Origin: Klebsormidium nitens
Lineage: Eukaryota > Plantae > Klebsormidiophyceae
DNA: 64,000 nt
Assembly: GCA_000708835.1 (NCBI GenBank)
Contig: DF237263.1
Coordinates: 1 to 64,000 of the forward strand
Direction: 5' to 3'
Part shown: positions 59,919 through 64,000 of the stretch, one piece after another
How positions within the stretch are numbered: position 1 is the first letter of the stretch
How the letters are laid out: every line of letters starts with the position of its first letter
The notes under the pieces: generated by a model
Told to the model about the DNA's origin: nothing
Database searches by the model: none
Seen by the model: the letters and a program-made list of their open reading frames with translations, nothing else
Program-made: the position numbers and the translations under genes

Positions 59919-62900
59919 GTACCTGAGTGGTACCCCATGTTTCCGGTCCCCAACGACGCGCGAATTGGCCATTCGCCAAAGTGTCTCGCAGACCCCAAGC
60001 TCCATGCAGAGTGTAAAGGCTGCGGCAGACAGCCGAGCCGTGCCGAGTACCGGGAGTCGAAGTTCCGGGAACGCGTGCAGAAACTTAAACAATCGGAGCT
60101 CTGGCTATTGATTGACGCGGTCTTCGAGCACTTCCGCGGCAAGGCTAAGGAGCTCAAGGCGCTGGAGGAGTTCATGAACGGCTACTTCAAGAAGAGCACG
60201 CTCAGCATCCCCGTGCAGGCTACCATGGCAGAGTACTTCGCCTTTCTGACAGCCGAAGCGGAGAACAGGCTTGGGGTTTTGGGGACCCCCCCGGAGAACC
60301 TTGGAGGGGGCCAGTCTGCAGGGGGCGGTGAATCAGGGGGTTTGCGCGACGGGCCTGTCATAGGCCACGGGGCTGGAGCGCGGGACTTGGCTGCGAACGG
60401 GGTTGATGCCACTGTCAAAACGGAGAGGACGCCCAAACGGGTTCGGGACGGATTAGAAGGAAATAACCTCGGCGGTCACCCCCCAGCAGTAAAACCGCGG
60501 CAAAAGGATGGCCCTCAACCACAGGGGCTGTTTGAGGGTGCACAGAACGGCCACCAAATTGTTGAGGGCCTAGACTTGCCCTCCGAGTTGGACCCTGTGG
60601 ACTCCGTACTGAAGGTTTTCGAGGAGGAGTGCGCCGCAACCGCTCGGGATGACGTCACTGCAGGCGTCTCCGGGTCCTCTGGGGGTGTTCCTGGAACTGT
60701 GGACCAGACGTCAGTCCCGGAGCAACACGTCCCGCCTCCTTTGTATGGTCCCACCCCTGCTGCAGCCGGCGCATCAGGGGACAGACGGCGCCCATGGGAC
60801 TCACTCGGCCGGTTTCTATTACCGGGGTGTCTATCACCGCAAGTGCAACAAGGGGACATGCTGGTCGCTCCTGGCCCCATCCGCGGTGCCAGTTCGAGAA
60901 TGAGTGCCGCCAGGAGGCTCAGTGAGCATCTTGGAGTGCCGCTAAGGGAGGAGTGGCTTCGTGAGGATGCTGCGGCTGCGCGAGAGTTCAGCAGTCCCGA
61001 ACAGTATACCCAGGCACCGCCCAGTCCTGAGTACCAACAAGGATCGGATCTACTCCTACTGGGCATGATGGCTCGCGCAAGCCTATCCACGGAGGTGGGT
61101 GCTGAACCAGGTTACGTCTCCTGCACTCTTTTCATTTTCGAGAGCCGCCTTTGACGTTTTGCTGTGCTCAGGGGGAACAATGAGGGAGCTAAGCGCGAAA
61201 GCAGAGTGCGGAGTGTGACTACCTTGTCAGGGAAACATACCCATTGCGGCCGCTGATTGGTGCGAATCATATGGAGGTATGTGTTTGCGGCCTGTTTCAT
61301 TCGCAGGGGCCGTTTAGAGCGACCCTTCGGTGCAGAAAAGAGAGTGCATCACTTCTTGCTGCCGCCTATGGAAGTTGGTTGTAGTACAAGCGGCTTAGGT
61401 GAATCAGACCGGACCTGAATAGAAACCCCACAATGTTGACACTGTCTGCTTTGAAACTCTCCTTGGCAGCTTAAATTACTACGGAGGCACCACACGTACT
61501 CCTACCGGGAACTAGAAGCGGCCACCGACAGCTTCAGCCCCGCCAGGCTCTTGGGAGAGGGCGAGGTTGGAAAACTTTACCACGGCACGCTCGCCGGGAC
61601 GCCGGTGGCTATCAAGGTCCCACACCCCGAGGTTTTGCAGGTGGGTTCCGAAAGGAAGGGAGAGCGCACGAGTGTGTCAAGGGGGTGCCCTTGTAGTATC
61701 AGGTTCTTCGGTTATCGCGCTTCGTAGGCCCTCCATGCAAAGGTACCGGCTTCGATCCCCCTGCCGGCAGTTTCAAAGACGACGTCTTCGCGACCAAAAG
61801 AGTTGCGTTCAGGCTCCACATCACGCGGTCTGTCGCATGGCGCCTTTAAGGACGTGCGCGAAGTTGCTCGGTCGGTGAAGCCCTTGTACATCATGTCGCA
61901 AAGCTGGACTGCATCTGTCTTCTCAATAGCAAGTACACGAATTTCTGTGGTAGCCTTGGCGTATGGGTATTCAACTTGCAGCGACAATGCAAACTGCTTT
62001 GCGACTAAATGCTCGCTCAAAGATGTCTCTTGATCTCTCGATCCAAGCTCAGGGCACCGACTCTGACCGGCCCCCTTTCGCAGGGGGGCAACGTGTTTCA
62101 GCACGAGGTGGACATCCTAGGCCGCCGGCGCCCTTGGGCCACTGTAAGGTTTATGGGATACTGCCCCGGCCACTTCTGCCTTGTCTACGAGTACTGCCAC
62201 AACGGGTCCTTGGAAGACCGCCTTGCCAGGAAGGGCGGTTCCCCGCCGTTGCCGTGGTTCATCAGGATCAGGATCGCCTGCCAGGTATGCGACCTCCCCC
62301 CCCCGATGCCAATTTTTTTTCGGAGAGCCTCTTGTATACTTCTCCGGAATTTGCAGTATCTTGCTCCTCCAAGAAGATCTTTACCCTTTCGCTGAATTGC
62401 GACTTTGAAAGGGCGAACCGCCAATGCTCCTCTCCCAAGGGAAGGATGCCGATTGTTGGATGCGGCAGTCTCAATCAGACTAGTAATTTTGAAGCCCAAA
62501 AACGTTTAGGTTTGGCTTCCTTAGATTTTGTCCTTTCAGATCGTCCATCAGTAAGGTGGGCTTTTCGTGCCCAATTCGCCTTGATTCACTCACTCGGAAC
62601 ATAGTATGTGGCTGCAAGTTCTGCAACATACTAGAAAGTTCGTTCAGGAGTAGGGTGGTTCGCCAGCGTTGCTTTTGACGCGTGCGTTTGCAATCGTCCA
62701 CAAGGCTGCTATGCACCTAATGTTACGATTCTGACCCGAGCAGTCTTGCTCCAATATTCTTCCTATTCCGCGACCTGCAACTTCTCAAGGCAGCTTTCCT
62801 ACCAACCTCCTTGCGTCAGGGGCACAAAGAACGCGGTCAATCTTCAATTCTGACAACCCGAACGGGTCTAGGACTCCTACACTCTGGGTCAATAATCGCA

Positions 62901-63806
62901 TCTTCCTGGTTTGCAGGTCGCCGATAGGCTCCTACTCACCATTCCAGGCGCCATTTTCCAAGATGTGAAGCCGTCCAACATCCTTCTGGACCTTCACCTC
63001 AAAGCAAGGTTGGCTGATGCGAGCATCTTGTCAGTGGCAGCGCCCAACGTCACGTCATCCACACCAACGGCGAAAGGATCCGGCGATGGCGGCCCCTCGC
63101 AGTTGTCGTTTCGCCCTGTTGAGGAGGACGCAGGTCAGGAGGACCGCAACAAATCGCCTCACGTGTTCTCGAGTTCATCCGCTTGCCAATCCCTTCTGTT
63201 CCACACGAGCACTTTGCTTCATCGCTAAGGAGCTGTTCACGGGTTTCGAAGGGTCTATGTTCTGCGTTGTTATCGTGCGTGCTCGTTAGCGGCTAGCCTG
63301 CTTAGCATTGGGAGCGTGCTTCGTGACTTAATGAGCAGACCTGCACCTGCGAACCTACAAGTCGCGATGCCATCTGAATAGACCACTTTGCGAATTGAGC
63401 CAAATCAACCAACGACGGAAAGAGACATTTAGCGGGCAGTCCGGCTCGGTTTTCCCGCTGAGTATCCTCTTGCAGGAATGTGGTCATACAACCTTCAATA
63501 CAAACGTCCACTGCCCCTGTAGATTGAGGCTTCAGGTTTCGAAGGCGGGGCTCAGTATGCACCTTGAAGCTCAGGCGTCAACCTGCAAGGCATAGTCCTG
63601 ATAGGTCGTTTCAAGACCCGCTTTTGACCAATCCCTTGTTTGTCGCAGTGGACCTATTCGGCTTCGGCGTGGTCCTCCTTCAGCTTCTCACCAACCTACC
63701 ACCACTTGGGATTGTGGGCACGGTCAACAAAGCGTTGAAGCACAAGAAGATCATGGCATCGGTGGATGTCGAGGCTGGGGATTGGCCGAAATCCGTGGCG
63801 GTTAAG
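59919..63806 (+). CDS. RLCK-IXb/PUB33-like receptor-like cytoplasmic (pseudo)kinase with long N-terminal extension; partial, continues past the window (exons 59919-61094, 61470-61640, 62084-62284, 62917-63133, 63649-63806)
   Basis: YSYRELEAATDSFSPARLLGEGEVGKLYHGTLAGTPVAIK; FQHEVDIL; CLVYEYCHNGSLEDRL.RKGGSPPLPWFIRIRIA; DVKPSNILLD; FGVVLLQLLT.LPPLGIV..V..AL...VD..AGDWP, typical of U-box/RLCK-IX kinases. The 1176-nt exon 59919-61094 is phase 0-0 and joins the phase-0 kinase exon; that link is inferred. Confidence 0.78.
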
Positions 63807-64000
63807 GTTAGTCAAACAGACAGCTACAGACTCTCCAGACTGACGACTCTGAGACCGTCCTTCCAAGCAGAACCGTGTTGTTCTTTTGCTTCGTGATTCG
63901 GGCCCGCACTGCGATTTGGAGTGCTGCCGAGTCGTTGCAAAACCCATCTTCTTGCAACTTAGATGCTGCGTCTTCGGCGAGGTCGCTTTGCGTCAGCATG

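Noticed and set aside
61687-61770. tRNA-like words (TAGTATCAGG...GGCTTCGATCCC) in a kinase intron
   Set aside because: No consistent cloverleaf (acceptor and T stems do not pair); at most a SINE-like relic. tRNAscan-SE would settle it.

Overview
Intron-rich eukaryotic genomic DNA with GC-rich, GCGCGC-laden exons and GT-AG introns of about 0.2-1 kb. The combination of an axonemal dynein, a plant-type RLCK kinase and an algal-type F-box gene suggests a flagellate streptophyte alga such as Klebsormidium; this is inference from gene content only. Genes reconstructed by hand, left to right: Tim44/MAIP1-like mitochondrial protein (-), UVR + SnoaL/NTF2-like protein (+), membrane-anchored leishmanolysin (M8) metallopeptidase with EGF and SEA-like modules (-), a complete 33-exon single-headed inner-arm dynein heavy chain (+, 21.4-49.1 kb), an F-box pseudogene (-), a YqjM/NamA-class old yellow enzyme (-), and an RLCK-IXb/PUB33-like pseudokinase with a long unassigned N-terminus (+, runs off the window). 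Two non-genic patterns stand out. (1) A ~190-200 bp TIR element family: three copies share a conserved ~95 bp telomere-like/G4 core but carry mutually unrelated inverted-repeat arms, and two have 9-10 bp TSDs. (2) At least nine exon edges in the peptidase and dynein genes are tandemly echoed into the adjacent intron together with their splice site; one dynein echo differs from the real exon by 8 synonymous and 0 nonsynonymous changes. No rRNA, credible tRNA or CRISPR array was seen. All exon boundaries and family assignments are manual and from memory, not database-checked.
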